DNA of 64,000 nucleotides from Octopus sinensis. Lineage: Eukaryota. Below the pieces are notes generated by a model, which searched no databases, was not told the origin of the DNA, and saw nothing but the letters and a program-made list of their open reading frames with translations. Where the stretch lies: NCBI RefSeq assembly GCF_006345805.1, contig NC_043009.1, positions 26,226,001-26,290,000 on the forward strand. The letters run 5' to 3'. The position numbers and the translations under genes were made by a program. The first letter of the stretch is position 1; each line of letters opens with the position of its first letter. Shown piece after piece: positions 38,757-55,082 of the stretch.

Positions 38757-41700
38757 CCTCTCCCTGATTCTTTCTCAGTCTCTCTATCCTTGTTTCTCTT
38801 TTTACTTTCTCTTTCTCTCTCTCGCTCTCTCGCTCTTTCTCTCCCTTTATCTCTCTATCTATCCATCAATCTTCCCAGTTTGTAATATTCTGTGATATCA
38901 GTCTGTTTCTCTTATTTCATATTAATATTTCTAAGTATTCTTGTTATCATGTTATCATCATTATCATCATCACCACCACCACCACTAGTGCCACCGCCAT
39001 TGTCATCATTTCATCATCATCTCCTCCCCTACTCTGCTTCCTCCCCTCCTACCCCTTCACCATCCTCTTCTTCCTCCCCTCCTACCTCTTCACTCTCCTC
39101 TTCCTCCTTCCCTCCTACTTCCTCACCCTCCTCTTATTCCTTACCCTACCTCCTCACTTTCCTCTCTCTTTCCATCTCTTCCTCTTCATCATCAACACCA
39201 TAAAATCATCAGCACGTTCATCATGATCATCGTCGTCATCATCATCATCATCATCGTCGTCATCATCATCATCATTGTCGTCATTATCCCCATTATTTGC
39301 GTGCAGAATTGCTTGGTTGTTCGAAAATAAAGAACTTAAAATTTATTTCTCTGCAACTCATTAATATAAAAAAACAACAAAGTAAAATACTAATAAATAA
39401 ACTAAAAACAAAAACACAACAGCCATCAAATATCAATAACAAATGACAATGGAACTGTTGCCCGGACAGAATCAACAGACTATTAGTAAATAAATAAACA
39501 AACAAATAAATAAATAAACAAACAAATAAAAGATGCGCCAACAGGTCTCTAAACGAGACCCCAGGTAATAGATTTTGACAAATATAAACGGGTTTAGGAT
39601 GAGATTTTTCATGGGAGTAAAATAAAGATGGTGTCTGGTTGCCTTCCTTAGGGGGCCCTTGGTTTTTTTTATTTATTTTTTGTGCTTTTTCCTTTAAGAA
39701 GGCGCCATCTTGTCGGCTCAAATCAATTCAGAGAGAGTAAGAAAAAAGAAGAGAAACAGAGAAAGAGAGAGAGAGAGTGGGGAGAGGACAAAGCAGAATT
39801 GACTCGTATATTATTTTTCTATACCGAAAAAATGAAAAGCAAAGTTGACCTCGGATGGATTTGAACTCAGAACGTAATAAACCCGAACACATATCTGAAA
39901 ATATATGGCTTTAAATCGAGAAACATAAGTGGCTTTCAATTGTTAAAGTCAAGAAAAACAAAACAAAAGAACATATTATAAGAACGTCTTCATATTCGCT
40001 TTATGTCATCTTACTCTCGTAGTTCTTATCGAGGTTGTTGCTGTTGTTGTTTTAACCGTAGGAGAAACCTAACTGATCTGACTCAGGATCAGTCATGTTC
40101 TAACTGTGACAATCCATCTCTTCTAGGATTGGTCGAGGAATATATTATGCAATGATTCCTCCTTATCCAAAGTGAGTTGGTTGTGATCTGAGGAAGATTT
40201 AACTACTGTTTCTAACAAGTGAATTCAATCACGCATAGGCTTTTTTATTGGCTAATCCTTCGCGGTTACGGTTATTGTTGTTGTTGTTGTTGTTGTTGCT
40301 AATATTCTTTTCTACTCTAGACGCAAGGCCCGACATTTTTGGGGAGTGGGGGCCAGTCGATTAGCTCGACCCCAGCACACAACTAGTATTTAATTTATCG
40401 ACCCCAAAAGGTTGTTGCTGCTAATATTGATGCTGCTGTTACAACAGAAAAATGAGATGAAATGTGTGCCCACGTGTGTGTTTGTAGGCGTGTTACTGTG
40501 TGTGTATATATGTGGTTCAGTGTGTATGTATAGGAGTGTGTGTATGTGAGAGTGTATGTGTGTGTTGGGAGCGTGCAGTTAGGAGACGTTTGCTTTATTG
40601 TAACGTAGTGTGTTGTATAGTTATTTAGTGTTGCATGGTTCTGCATAAGTACAATGTCATATTGTGCCTGGAGTGGTTTCTATATTTTCAGAATTAGGGG
40701 ACAGAAACTGGTAGAAACGGCGGAGCAACGTCCCAAATGTTTCAACTGCATATAATTCCATCCCTCAAAGTATTCACTTTTAACACGCCATCGTCTACTT
40801 CGCATGTTGAGCCTCTTAAAGTGAATAAAAAAAAATTCAAAATGATGTACCAGTTATATGTGTCGATATAAACAGCTGACAATACTACTCCAATGTCATA
40901 ATCGGTCTTGCATATAGTATAAAGAAACCATTATTTTCGCTTCTTTTCTTTTTTCAAATTCATATTTACAGCTGGCTCGAGACCATAAAATACTTGAATG
41001 ATCAACATTTCCAAAGAATCTTTGAAACTCGTTTCTTCTAAGAGCTTATTCCATTCATCTGACAAAGTGAAAGGCTTTGAGTATTGCCATATTTTCTTCT
41101 GTAATTACAGTTGTTGTTGTTGTTGTTGTTGTTGTTCTAATGATGTTTGATGGTGTTCTTGTTGTTGCAACCGATGATCTGATGTTGTTTTTGTGTCAGT
41201 TTAAATCAAAATTGTACAAAATGTATGATGTCGCTGAAACGTATCTGTAGGCGTCTTCGACAGAGATAATGCATTCGACACAGGCACGCATGCGTGTGTG
41301 TGTGTAGATGTGTGTGCGTGCGTATGTATGTGTGTGTGTTTGTGTGTGTGCGTGCATTGTGGCTTTAATAAACGTTCATGAAATATAGTTTCCAACAAAC
41401 ATTATGGTTTATTACCGTATCACAAAGTGTACGGCTTAATTATATTCGAAACTGGAGACTTGATGTTAACCCCAGAAAATGTTTAATATCATAAGAACTA
41501 AAAAGGAAAAAAATGTCAATAATGGCAAACTTGGTACTCATTAAATGATGTAAAACAAAATCTCAAAAGTACAAAGAAATCCTACAGCGATAATTCTATG
41601 TTTATTGTGTTTTAAGTGTTATTTTTAAGAATCAGTATTATCATTATTTTCAGCGGAACTGGACACTTGGAAACAGATTGATGTCATGCAGAGTCAAACC

Positions 41701-41899
41701 GTTAAGTGAAATAGTGAAAATGGTATTGCAATGGAACCAACTCTTCTGCAGAGAGGAATGAATTCTGAAAGTGGACGTTTATGAAGAAGGAGAGCATTTG
41801 TCTTGGAAACATGCGAATTGCTACTGTTTATTATTCATGGGCAACAAAAATGGAATCCTACATTCAGGGTTACAAAATGAGATGTGTTGCGACAGGGGC

Positions 41900-42100
41900 A
41901 CGGAACCAACGCTGACTTACCTGGAGATTTCTGAGAGGGTAAGTCAATGCTGGCTTCGCGCCCATGGAGCCATAACCTTCATTGGAAAATGCCCATCAGC
42001 AAATTAGAATATCGTTCGACTGTGTGGAAACCTGACCAGGAACCTAATCTTGATGGCTAAAACGCGGAAAAGAATTACAAATGAGGCTGAGAAAAACAAA
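41900..42100 (+). pseudogene. Possible CR1/Jockey-group LINE remnant
   Basis: KLEYRSTVWKPDQ at ~42001-42040 resembles LEYxSxVWxP. Single motif only. Confidence 0.35.
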
Positions 42101-44165
42101 CAAAAAAAACCCAGTCGATATATTCCCAGAATGCAATGCGTTTCTGTATCTGTTTTGAAAACGTAATGAGCGAAAATCATGAATAAGGATGGTTCTACTT
42201 GTTATCTTACCAATACACAAGACGGCTTTTGTCGACTTTACTCTGTCAATCATAATTTCAGAACAATTTGCAGAAATTACCGGAGTGAATATAAAATGAA
42301 GTCTTACAATATTTGATCAACCAACATTTAATATTGCACGATGAAAATGGCGGAAGAGTTGGTTGAAATTCTAGAGTAGCGGTTCTAAATAAATTTCTAC
42401 TTCCTTTGCCATTTCAACGTCCCGATTCTTTCCCATTTCTGACAAGAACTAAAAGCAGCTTTGTATATAGATTTTGTTGTATCTCGAGAGGTTCATTATA
42501 CGAAACATGAATATACGCGCCCGTTCATTTTCGCTTCCTTTTTATTATTAGCTAAATTGGTTACCATTTAACCAATTAACCAATCGATTATTTTGATTAA
42601 CTGGTGAGTCAAACAACCAATAAAACAACTAGGTTTGTCGTAGTCTTGTATATAAAACAATATACTATATAACGTTAACAACTTTATACTTAAGTAGCGT
42701 TAGTAGCTTTAAAAACAACAGTAACCAAATCATAGGAAGCGACTATGCCATGGTAGCTTATACCATGCTAATTGTTTTAGGTATATAATCGCAGGAAAAC
42801 ACAGACGCTCTCCCATCCCTGCTGCACTTGATCAGCAGAAGAGCGAGAATGTGACAGAGTGAAAGAGAGGGCTGCACCTCTGTGAAAGAGGGACTGAGCT
42901 GGTGCTCCTTTACAGCTCATAAAACTGGAGCAGTATGAAAAGAAGTGCCTTTTCCAAGTGCACAATACGCTACTCATTCATGGAATCAAACCCACTATTT
43001 TATTATCGCCAAACAACACCCTAAGCAATAGACCATGCGCCTAGATTAAGGGATAAAATCTAAAACAAAAACAGAGGGAAGAATACATAATTATTGAAGG
43101 CAAAACAACTTTCCCACGGTGATACCAAAATTTCCTTAGGAATTTTGAAATTCCATCCAATAGGAAATATCCTCAGATCAAGAGGTGCGGCTCAAGATCG
43201 TCACAATTAATATAACTTCAAATATTCTTTTACATATATGTACGTTTTGAGTTCGAATTCCATAGAATTCTAGTTCTGATTTGTTTCGTTTGTAACCGAC
43301 AAAATGTATTACGAATGGTGTGTAGCCCTTAATTGAGCAAAAAGGATAAACATTATAGAAATTGTTGATTGTTTAAGGTACCGAAAATAAGTTTTTGAGT
43401 TTGAAATCTTTCGTATTCTGCTAAGGCACTAATTTGTAGCTTGCCAAACAAAACTAAACTGTCAAAGCCATATTGACTTTGGTCAGTTATAACTCAGCAT
43501 TGCAAAGAGTGGCACCACTGCAGAATTGGTGACGGATTTATTGTTTTTGCTACTATTTAAACTACAGATCAACCTTGATCGAGGCGGCCAAGCCATGAGC
43601 AATACGTTTCTGTTTTTGTGGAGTGGTAGGTCATTCTCAGAAGAACCCCTTGTATTTAGAGGTTTCACCTTTTAGAATTCTATCCATTTACGGGCTTGTC
43701 ATTTGTAGAAGCCTTTCGTTTATTTCAGGCTTGTCATCTTTAGAAGGACCTCGTCTATTGAGGAATACCCTGTCCTTTTAGGTCATATTATCTAGTATAG
43801 CGTTTTGCTTTATATGAAAAGGTAATGTAGAGTTTGAAAAAGAGTTTGCCTACTGTTTCGGTTAAGCTGAACCATAGCCTATAGGTTTCTTAGATGAGAT
43901 ATTCGTGGGACTGCAGTACTACCTTCAACCCCTTCCGCCAGCCAGAAGAGTTACTTTGCATCAACTGGACCAGTGTTCTTTCTTATAGAAATATGGAAAA
44001 TATCTGTTTTGCATTTTGCATAATAATACGAAAACAGGACACAAATGCTAACATTCTCCACTGGACATTGTGGATCAAAAATGGATTACTAAGGAAAAAT
44101 ATTTAAGTTAAAAAAGAATGGACATTCAAATGAATATTTAAATGCCGTCCTTCAACACCAAGAAA

Positions 44166-44215
<50 letters not shown>

Positions 44216-46087
44216 AACTTCAGCCTGTCTATTACTTTCAGAAGGACAAAGAAAATCGAAAGGAAACGTGTCTCGCCATCAGCTGCTCTTTGACGGTTGA
44301 ATACAAATTAGAAGATCAAAGAAGACAAAAACGGTGAAAGTCACATGGTAAGACGTTTACTCTGCAACTAAGCGTTTCGAAGTATGATGCCATTTGGTAA
44401 CGCATTTGACAAGAGTCTTCTGCTGTTGTGTCAGTGTTGGACAATGCTTTATGAGTTGAATTTGGTAGAAGGGAACATAAGCGGAAACATGCTGTCTACG
44501 CGCATTAGCTGTGTAAAGCAGCATATTTTCCCCTGTGTTTTAAGGACACAACTTGGCGATTCAACAAGTAAAAAGGAATACCATGAAAATTAAACCTAAA
44601 AAGAGATTGATATGATCTACTAAAGTCCCTTCTGATAGCGATGCCCCAACGAAAACCTTGTAAGACATCGGCGAGGCTCCAGCACAAAACCAACGCTGTT
44701 CCAACCAGAGAGGTTTCAATCCAAAAGCTGAAAACAACACACACATAAAAGAATCACAGCTGTATAAATCTTTTTAATATCGAAATAAAATTGTTTACTT
44801 CTCCATTCTACATCGTTAAGTGTCTTTTATTTTATCCATCACGTATACAAAATACTCATGTTTCTTTTCTTTTGAAGGATTTCCGGAAATCTCATAAGAA
44901 AAAAATGATGATTTGATGCTGCAAAACTTGTTATTTAACGATTAAGTTTTTAATATATGCTACAAGTTTCCTTTCAGCCAAACTCTTATCATTGTTGTTA
45001 TATGAAAGGTGGTAGGTTGGTAGAATCGCGAGATCATCGGGCTAAGTACCTTGCGGTATTTCTTCCGGGTCTTAATGTCTGAGTTCAAACAAATCCCGCC
45101 GAGATAGCTTTACCTTTCATTCTTCCGAGGTTAATAAAATAAAGTACCAGTCATATATTTGGGTCGGTTTAATCGATCAGCCCCTTTCCCACCAAATGTT
45201 TCAACCAAATGATTATGTTAGACACAATATCACTGTGCGAAGGATACTGCAACTTCACAGAATCTGTAGTCTCTTGGCGTCCGTTTGAGGTCCACATTAC
45301 AGTTCATTTGTCTCAGGTTAATTAAAATAAGGTACCTGTCAAATACCGAGGTAGATCTTCATTACCAATTTCCCCAAATTTTGTGATTTTCTATTCATGT
45401 GAGTCATATTTATTATCCGTCGCTCTATTACAGCCGTTTCGTAACTTCCGTCATGTAGTATTACGGCCGTAAACCTAAGGATGTCACGTGGATAAATAAA
45501 TATATATTCACCTCTCATAACTCCTGACTTTTATGGCTAACACAATCATCATGAAATAGTTTCATCCATCGGATCTTCTGGATTTCAGCATTATGGACAC
45601 TCTACATTGCGCTTTTCTGTACGGAATTACTACATTACTATGCTAGTGGACCATTTCATTCCGACCCCAACGAATACCAAAGCTATAATTTGCAATTTTA
45701 ATACACATACACACTCACATATAGGATGGAAATGGAATGATGTAATATCACCATTCACATCGCAGCACTCAAGGCGAACTGTGTCTTCAAATATGTGCAG
45801 AATTTTTCTGGGAGTATTTCCGCAGCGATAGGCCTTATCACGTCCGAATGATTTCGATCATGTTAATAAATGACTTTACACGACTATCTTTTATGCTACG
45901 CTGCTTCGAGCGACATTAAGAAAATCTTGACATTCAATCCGTGTTTCAAGAATTTAAGCGAAACAACACAGCGGAAACGGCACGGAAACAACCGACAGGA
46001 ATATATTTGTGTTTCCACGAACATGGCCATCAAACCCAACAACAAAAATAAAATACGCCAATATTATCAATATTAATGACGCTAATA

Positions 46088-46141
<54 letters not shown>

Positions 46142-46269
46142 TAATAATAATAATTATATTAATAATATTATCAATGCTGTTCATATCGTCGACGCTAGTA
46201 GCGTCTCATGGTGGAAATATATATATATATCAGTATGTATGCATATATATATATATATATTATATATAT

Positions 46270-46302
<33 letters not shown>

Positions 46303-46828
46303 GTATGTATAGTACATATGTATATATACATACATAAATATACATGATTATAAACATATATAAAATAATAGATTTACTGATTAATGTTGCTGATTGTTAG
46401 CATGGAATATTGACAAACCACCATTTAAAGATAAATATGGAGTGTTTATGTTGAACGTGTTATGATAAATCGAATCATTTATCGTTGTATCTATTGCATA
46501 CAATACAGATTCTATGACACGCAGTTCCATGTGTATGTGTGTATACATGTACGCATGTGTGCGGAGCTGTGTTGTCTTTGTATGTATGTATGTATGTATG
46601 TATGTATGTATGTATGTATGTATGTATGGATGGATGGATGGATGGATGGATGATGGATGGATGGATGGGTGTATGTGTATATATCTGTGTCTATAAATCT
46701 ATACAAATACAGACATATATTGAAGCAGAGAAACACAAAGAAACACATATATGGATGAATGGATGGATATATGCAACTATAAGCGAAAAGAAACATTGGT
46801 GTCTGACTGCCTGTTTATCTATATATTT

Positions 46829-46973
<145 letters not shown>

Positions 46974-46974
46974 A

Positions 46975-47050
<76 letters not shown>

Positions 47051-47196
47051 ATATATCAGTCTGTCTGTCTGTCTATTTATTATGTAATCTACGTAGCCAG
47101 CTGCGCACACCTATATGTGGTCCGGTGTATATATACACGCACACATCTATATCTATATGTTATACATGTATATATTACATATATATATATATATAT

Positions 47197-47235
<39 letters not shown>

Positions 47236-47429
47236 AGAGAGAGAGAGAGAGAGAGAGAGGGGAAAGAGAGAGAGAGGAGAGAGAGAGTACATTGATAGAT
47301 TAATTGATCGATAGAATGATGCCTTGATAGATCCATACAAAAGTTCAAATACATATACACAAATACTCATGCGCGCGCATACTTACATACGTACACATAC
47401 ATACATACATACATACATACATACATACA

Positions 47430-47461
<32 letters not shown>

Positions 47462-47639
47462 CTAGTTTTCAACTACCAAGAATCTTTCCGTTGATTAGTC
47501 TGTTCCCCTCTCACTACTTTCAACATATGCGTATTCTCATGGGTATATATATACATATATATGGTCCTTTGGTGGGTATACGTATTCAGCCGCTTGGGCT
47601 ACTGCTCCTGGCTATGGGTACTACATTGTATAAAATGAA

Positions 47640-48110
47640 CGTCAGAACTCGAAACAATCTACCGAAACGAGACAAAGAAAATCGTCTCAATGCAATGTAT
47701 CTGCTATTGGGACAGGCTGAAAGAGTTCAAAATATTCTCCCTGGAACGAAGACGCGAAAGATATGCAGTGATATACATCTAGAAAATCTTGGAACACCTT
47801 ATACCAAACTTTGGCATTGAATGTTACATAAACAGCAGATCGGGGCGCCAGTGAATAACGTCAAAGATCCTAGCATCATCATCAAAATACAGGACCAGAT
47901 TCTTCAATAGCTTGGCTTTCAAAGGTCCACAGATCTTCACTATCCTTTCAAACTGCCTGAGAGACCGGCATGTTGTGGATGTAGGTTTCTCAAAATAAAA
48001 CTGGTTCTCCTTCTGTCAAGGGTTCCAGACGAGCCTGCCGCATGGCAGAAAACACAAATAAGAGTGGCAGGATTAAACTCCCTCATTCACTGAATGCCAC
48101 ATATATGCGG
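47640..48110 (+). pseudogene. CR1-group LINE 3' remnant
   Basis: YWDRLKEFKIFSLERRRERYAVIYI*KILE at ~47705-47795 matches the CR1 ORF2 C-terminal motif. Confidence 0.8.
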
Positions 48111-48222
48111 GTCAATGGTGGTGTAATATTTTATGTATAACTGACTACATTATGAAACAGCTGTATAAATGAATGGATTTAACAACTACTCTCTCACCCC
48201 ACATCTCTCATGTTTTATTTAC

Positions 48223-48259
<37 letters not shown>

Positions 48260-48454
48260 TACATGCATACATACAGACATACATACATACATACATTCAT
48301 ACATACATACATTCATACATACATTCATACATACATACATGCATATATATGTGTGAGAGTGTGTAGAAATATAGACATAAATATGTATCAATTGACAGAC
48401 AGGCAGACAGACAGACAGACAAAAAGACAGACAGACAAACAGACAGACAAACAA

Positions 48455-48574
<120 letters not shown>

Positions 48575-48644
48575 GCAGATAGATAGACAGAGAGAGAGAC
48601 AGACAGACAGATAGATAGATATATAGATAGACAGACAGATAGAT

Positions 48645-48679
<35 letters not shown>

Positions 48680-49236
48680 GAGACAGAGAGATAGAGAGAA
48701 CCACGTACACATATATTTATCAGTGTTATATATTTTGACATTTAAGAAATATATGAATATATTCAGACATATTTTCAGATTAGTTGAATTTCAAAGTTTA
48801 GAATATTATAATATTTATTAATATAAAGTACGTAGTATTGAAGACATCCTTTTAGCATTGTTTAAGCCATTGCAGAAGCAAGATATTACATAACTTGAAG
48901 AGAATGTGTGTTTAAGAAAATGGATGAAACAGCTTATGCAAATGAGACGGTGAAGAATATGTAATCGCTGACGCTGTGTCATATTTCGACATATATTTAT
49001 TCCAAACATATTCCGGATTTTCGTCTTAGTCATTTATCTTCTTAACAGAAATGATGGTTGTTACTTAGTGAAAAAAGAAAAAACACAAAACAAAAGAAGC
49101 AAGACAAGGCATTGTTTTGTTTTGTTGTTTTCTGTGTAGCAATTCACTAAAAGAGAAAATGTGATGTCATTTAATGCAAAACTGGAAATAGCTACACATG
49201 CAAGCGCATATATAATCACAATAAGTATGTGTATGA

Positions 49237-49279
<43 letters not shown>

Positions 49280-49592
49280 ATAATATATATATATATAGAT
49301 ATATATATATATATATACACACACATACATACATACATATATATATATATATAATATATCCATATATACAAAAATATATGTACGTACCTGCATATATGGG
49401 TACAGGACATCAAAAAACGTTGAACACAATGAGAAACGAAAACATAGAAAACGAACTTTTTTTCGAACAACGAAAAAAACAAACAGAGAAACGAGACATG
49501 CAACATAAAGAATATTCCGCTTCATCAGTTGTCCCTATATATAGGTTTTATATAATTATTATATGATCGAACGCCACACATCCATTTCCAAG

Positions 49593-49654
<62 letters not shown>

Positions 49655-49907
49655 GTGTAATAAATAAAATATATGCATACATACAAACATATATGTACGT
49701 ACCTACATCTACATGTATATATACATGCATATATAAATATATATACGTGTGTACAGGACATATATTTATATATATATATATATACACACACATACATACA
49801 TACATATATATATATACATATATACTAGTACATATTTATATAAAAATATACCACGTTTGCAGGCATATATATGTCCATGTATGAACATACTTATGTATAT
49901 GTATATG

Positions 49908-49964
<57 letters not shown>

Positions 49965-49977
49965 CACATATATGCAT

Positions 49978-50017
<40 letters not shown>

Positions 50018-50080
50018 TTATATATACATATATGCATACACACACACACACTTGTAAATTTAGGCATATAAATGGTTAAT

Positions 50081-50167
<87 letters not shown>

Positions 50168-51254
50168 GAAGGTGGTGTGCCAGGCAACCGAGAACGAAAC
50201 ATTACACAAGGTAAACCAGCAACAATTACTAAACACCACTCACACACACACGTTCATATGTGCAATCTTGAACACTTTTCATTGAAAATTAATAAGGGCA
50301 TTAGATTAAAGGACCCTTAACTGCATGTCGTTTTATTGGTCCTTGACAAAAACCACCAGCCATCTCTATGCCGAGTGTATGTCACTGTGAGACTCACTAG
50401 ATCTGAATCCTCAACAGAAGTAGCCTCTCTGGGTTCGAATTGCGCTATGGAGACGTTAAAGGTGATACAAACCTAGGACTCACATTAATTTTGAAGTCTC
50501 TGGATTACATAATTCTCTTTCCTCTTGTCAGGGATAAAATTACTATTCTTTACTGTATGTCTTGGAAGTAAAAATGGATAATCTCAAACTGCATGGAAGC
50601 GTGTCGAATAAAATATAACTCTAATTAAAAAATAATCCAGTTTTGTTACACTTACACACACATCCATACACACACACATACAAGCACAAACACAGAAATA
50701 CACACATGCACAAATACACAGTCACTCACGAACACACACAAAAGTTTACATGCATGCACAAGCACGAACACACAAACAACGTTATGCTAATTCCTTAGAA
50801 ATACGCAGTCAATTACTCGCTGAATTCTATAAAATTGGTAATTCCGTCGAGTGAACCATTACAAATTCTTGCTCACAAATATTCTCACGGATATCTTTTA
50901 TCTTTTAATTTTTTAGTCAGTGGACTGCGACCATTGCTGGGGAACTGCCACAAAGGGTTTAGTTGAACAGATTGACCACAGTACTTATATTTTTCAAATT
51001 CCGGTGCTAGTTTTATCAGTCTCCTTCGCTGAACACCAAAGTCATAGGGCCATAAGCAAACCAGCATCAGTTGTTAAGAAGTGGTGATGGGAAAAATACA
51101 AGCACTAAGACCACGCATTTAGATACATACATATATATATATGTAGAAGCCCGTCGTGTATATATATATACATATGTATATGTATGTACATATATATATA
51201 TGTATGTGTATATATATATATATATGTATATGTATGTATGTATGTGTATATCTA

Positions 51255-51303
<49 letters not shown>

Positions 51304-51312
51304 TATATATAT

Positions 51313-51409
51313 AGTTCAAATTTATAGAGAAATAAAGACGAAGCCAGGTGCTGGATCAAAAAGCAAATGTATTAGTTTGACTCGCGGGGAAAATGTAAAA
51401 GTCTTTTAC
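51313..51409 (-). mobile_element. Solo Neptune-type PLE 3' terminus in (TA)n
   Basis: Shares aaagacgaag.c.ggtg, caa.tgtattagt.tg and aagtc.tttac with 11646-11751. Confidence 0.65.
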
Positions 51410-51516
51410 ATATACAAATACATATATATTCCAAGACATAAAGGAGTTGAAGAATAATGAAGCAAATTTGTTTACTACCGTGTTATTCCCTTTATTATTC
51501 CTCTATGTTATATATA

Positions 51517-51556
<40 letters not shown>

Positions 51557-51836
51557 GCCCCTATCACTAGCTTGTGATTGTCTCGCACCTAGGACGGGAA
51601 AAAATCTGGAAACCTAGGTCTGTGAGTATCACGAAACATAGAGATGGGAGCGATGGCCTTTCTTGCTTATGCTATACGGACACAAAATGTGTGTCAATAA
51701 CCAACTGGAAAATATGCTTTCCTGGGACTAAACAACAGTAACATCGTCCTAGTATAGGACTGCCACATACTGTTGGCAAATATACTTCACGTTTCTGTGC
51801 TCCTACTGTTTAGTTCTCGCTCAGAGATTTATGATT

Positions 51837-51872
<36 letters not shown>

Positions 51873-52366
51873 CCCTCTACCAAAGTCACTAGGCAACCCA
51901 ACGAGGTATTGATCAACCCAAGGCTCTAGTAGAAGATTATTGCTCAAGGTACCAGGCAGTGGGATTGAAACCGGAATCATGAGGTTTGGAAGCAAACTCC
52001 TCACTGCACAGCCACGACTTCGTCTATCTATTTCAGAATGTTGGGCGTTACCTTGGAAACAGACAAATAATATGTTGGCCCAGTTCTTGAAAATCAATGA
52101 AAATAGTACGAAGTAAATATATTCTTTTAAATAAATTTATATTCCTTGTATCAGTTTTTAAGTAAAAGTCTTACCTCTGGCAGAATTTTGACTAACTATT
52201 CTCAACGGATAAGTCCATAATAAGCAACTGTCTTACGTTTGTTACCTTAAGCGTTTGAGATAATGGCTGTTCTTGTAGGCAACGCGTGAGCATTTAACAC
52301 ACACATACACACTAACATATACATATATATATATATATGTGTGTGTGTGTTTGTTTGTGTGTGTGT

Positions 52367-52403
<37 letters not shown>

Positions 52404-53075
52404 TACGTATATTTTCTGTGAAGAAAGCAACAACGAAATATATATAATCTTCGTGTGTGTTCCTTGCCTGTTTGAAACAGTAATCTTGTGGAATATAAGG
52501 AAGATAGGAAACGGTAAATGTTTGGACAGCTGATTAGTATAATGAATAAGAACATCACCAGCATTGCTGTTGCTTATGGGGATATTAATACTGCTGCTGC
52601 TGTTGATGAAGATGAAAGTGACTACCACGACGGTGGCGTTGATGATGTTGATGTCTATGGTGACGACTGCCTCATATGCACGGTGTTTATGGAGGAATAT
52701 GTACGTATATATGAAAGGGAGAGGATTTTCGCGTGTTACAAAATTAATCAAACTCTTTGTCTACGTAAGTGTGTGTATTCATTTAAATACAAGTTTTTGT
52801 GTTCTTAGAATAGTACAACAGTAGAAGAGCGGGGGAAATAATTCAGAGAACCAGAGGCGAGTAATGTATATATTTTAGTACACGTTTATGAATATTAATA
52901 ATTCAGAATTTTATTCAAACAATTTATTCAAACAATCGAGATAATTTTCACACAGGCTTTCAGTAACTGCTGGCAGATTAACTTCATCTAAAGACACTTT
53001 TGCTCACAATGCTGTGTTTCAGTCAAAAATATATTCACACTCACACATACATACACACACGCACATATGTAAATA

Positions 53076-53282
53076 CTGTATTTTCCGGCATACAAATCGA
53101 ATATATTTGACTGTAATTTACAGCCATAAAAAGTAGCTCTATTTATACACCGAGACGACTCTGAAAGACCAAACATTTCATGTGAAATGCAACAGGTTTT
53201 GGAAAGATGGTGGCGATGTTTGAATGGCTACACTACATGTTTATACTATGTATTACGTCAATTTGTGTGCCGGAAAACACAG
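53076..53282. mobile_element. Tc2/pogo-type MITE
   Basis: TIRs ctgtattttccggcatacaa / ttgtgtgccggaaaacacag, with a TA TSD on both sides. Confidence 0.85.
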
Positions 53283-55049
53283 TAAATAGAAGGAGAATTT
53301 TAGTAGCATAAAACTATACACATAGAAATTCAAATATATGAAGATGGATAGTCCTATAGCTAGGTATGAAGATTCGTATATAAATCACCAAAGAGCCATA
53401 TATATAAATATCTGAAAATGTCAGAAATCTGGCTCAATTATAAACACTTTTGCTTTTAGCATCATTTATTACTCCCTTCATATTTTTGGATCCATTTCAT
53501 AAATTTATTGATAAACGCTGAGTATAGAAATACGAGCCCCATAATGTTATACACCCGGTAATAGCATAGGTAAGAGAAACAGGAAAAGTCTGCTATGATA
53601 ATCTAAAGGCATATATGAATATATTACCATATGCAAATAATTGGTGCAGACGGCCACTTGCTTGCTCGCTAAACAACTTCGTTTCACATCTGCGTATTTT
53701 TCAGGTATCGGTCTCAGTTTGCGGCGCCTTGCTTTATTTTCTGCTATAACTTCGAACTGGTTCATTCAATCAGCTAGAAATAACATTCGGATACCCCTCG
53801 ATCTATATCCTACCGTCCTAAATCGAACAAGCCGGTACTCTGGGTGCTCTGTCCGTAGAAAAAAGACGGGAGTGTCACGGCTGGAACATCCTTGATGATG
53901 AATCGATTCTATCAAATCTGTTCTGAAGTTAAACAACAACAACAAAAATCATAGCCTCGGTTTGAATTAATACGCACCAACGTAGTTTTCGGTATCGAAC
54001 CGAGCTCGCGGCATCTTGGCTGTTTACCTTAGCATGGATGAGCTAACGTGCCAGCTTCTACGTAGCTACACAATCTTCAAGAAATAACAGTAAAATTTCA
54101 CTGAAACAACACGTTAGAATCTTACAAATAAAACATGCTAGATAATATGGGCTAGGGTTTCTGCACATAGGAAAAAGCAGGATAGTCATAACCAGAGAGC
54201 CTTTGATCATGAATAAGGTCTATCGAGACAGATCTAGGGTTAAACAGCAGCAAAACAATAACGACAAGGACCCGTGTCATAGGTTTACAACGACTGAACC
54301 ATTGTGAGTGAAATGTAGAAGACTAAAATAGTGTAGAAGCCCTTCTGAGGGTCAATTTCTGGGTTAGTGTAAAGGATTTAATCCCTCACCTACTTCTGAT
54401 CTGTTGATGCCTCTAACGAAAACCACTATGTTACGAGCATTGGGGCAGGGATCATCTGATGGTAACTTCTTATTTCTCATCACAAGTCTTAAATCTTAAC
54501 ACAGAGCATTGGCACCGTTCCACTCCCCATACTTTAACTAAAAGGCCAAAGAGAATAAAGGAGAAAGAAAAGATAAAGAAAGGAAGAATGTAATTTGATT
54601 TAAGATTTGGGTGGGTGAAACTGTTTGAATATATACTTAGAAGTAATAAGAAACTGTTTGAATATATTCTTAGAAGTAATAAGTTCTGAGACCAATATGA
54701 TTTAAAATCGAAACAAACTTTTCTCCCCTCTTCATGAATTGCTGTTTTATGTCCCAGGATGTTGCAGTTCAAATTGCTAAAGGTTAAGGACCGAGCAGTG
54801 TGGAATGTTGTAAATAATTCATAGCAGTGCATCAAGGTTTTCAATGCATTTTTTATTTACACACAGCAGACATATGGTAACGGTTGAAACGAAGACGGGG
54901 AGATAATCTGAGTAAGAAAGATAGAAAGATGAGTGAGAATGATAGAGAAAAAGAGAGAAATAAAGGTAAAGAGAAAGAGGGAAACAGGAGCAGACAGACA
55001 GAAGGAGCGAGAGAGAAATTATGAGAACTTAACTGAAGAGAAAAAGAGG

Positions 55050-55082
<33 letters not shown>

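Noticed and set aside
39530-39720. YY1-like motifs (gccatctt, aagatgg) suggesting a promoter
   Set aside because: Short motifs expected by chance, with no associated gene.
49490-49540. Minus-strand CUGAUGA in a (TA)n-embedded repeat
   Set aside because: No downstream stem II-GAAA-NUH arrangement was found.
52518-52808. Acidic ORF with CxxC
   Set aside because: It derives from degenerate (GAT/GCT)n trinucleotide repeats.
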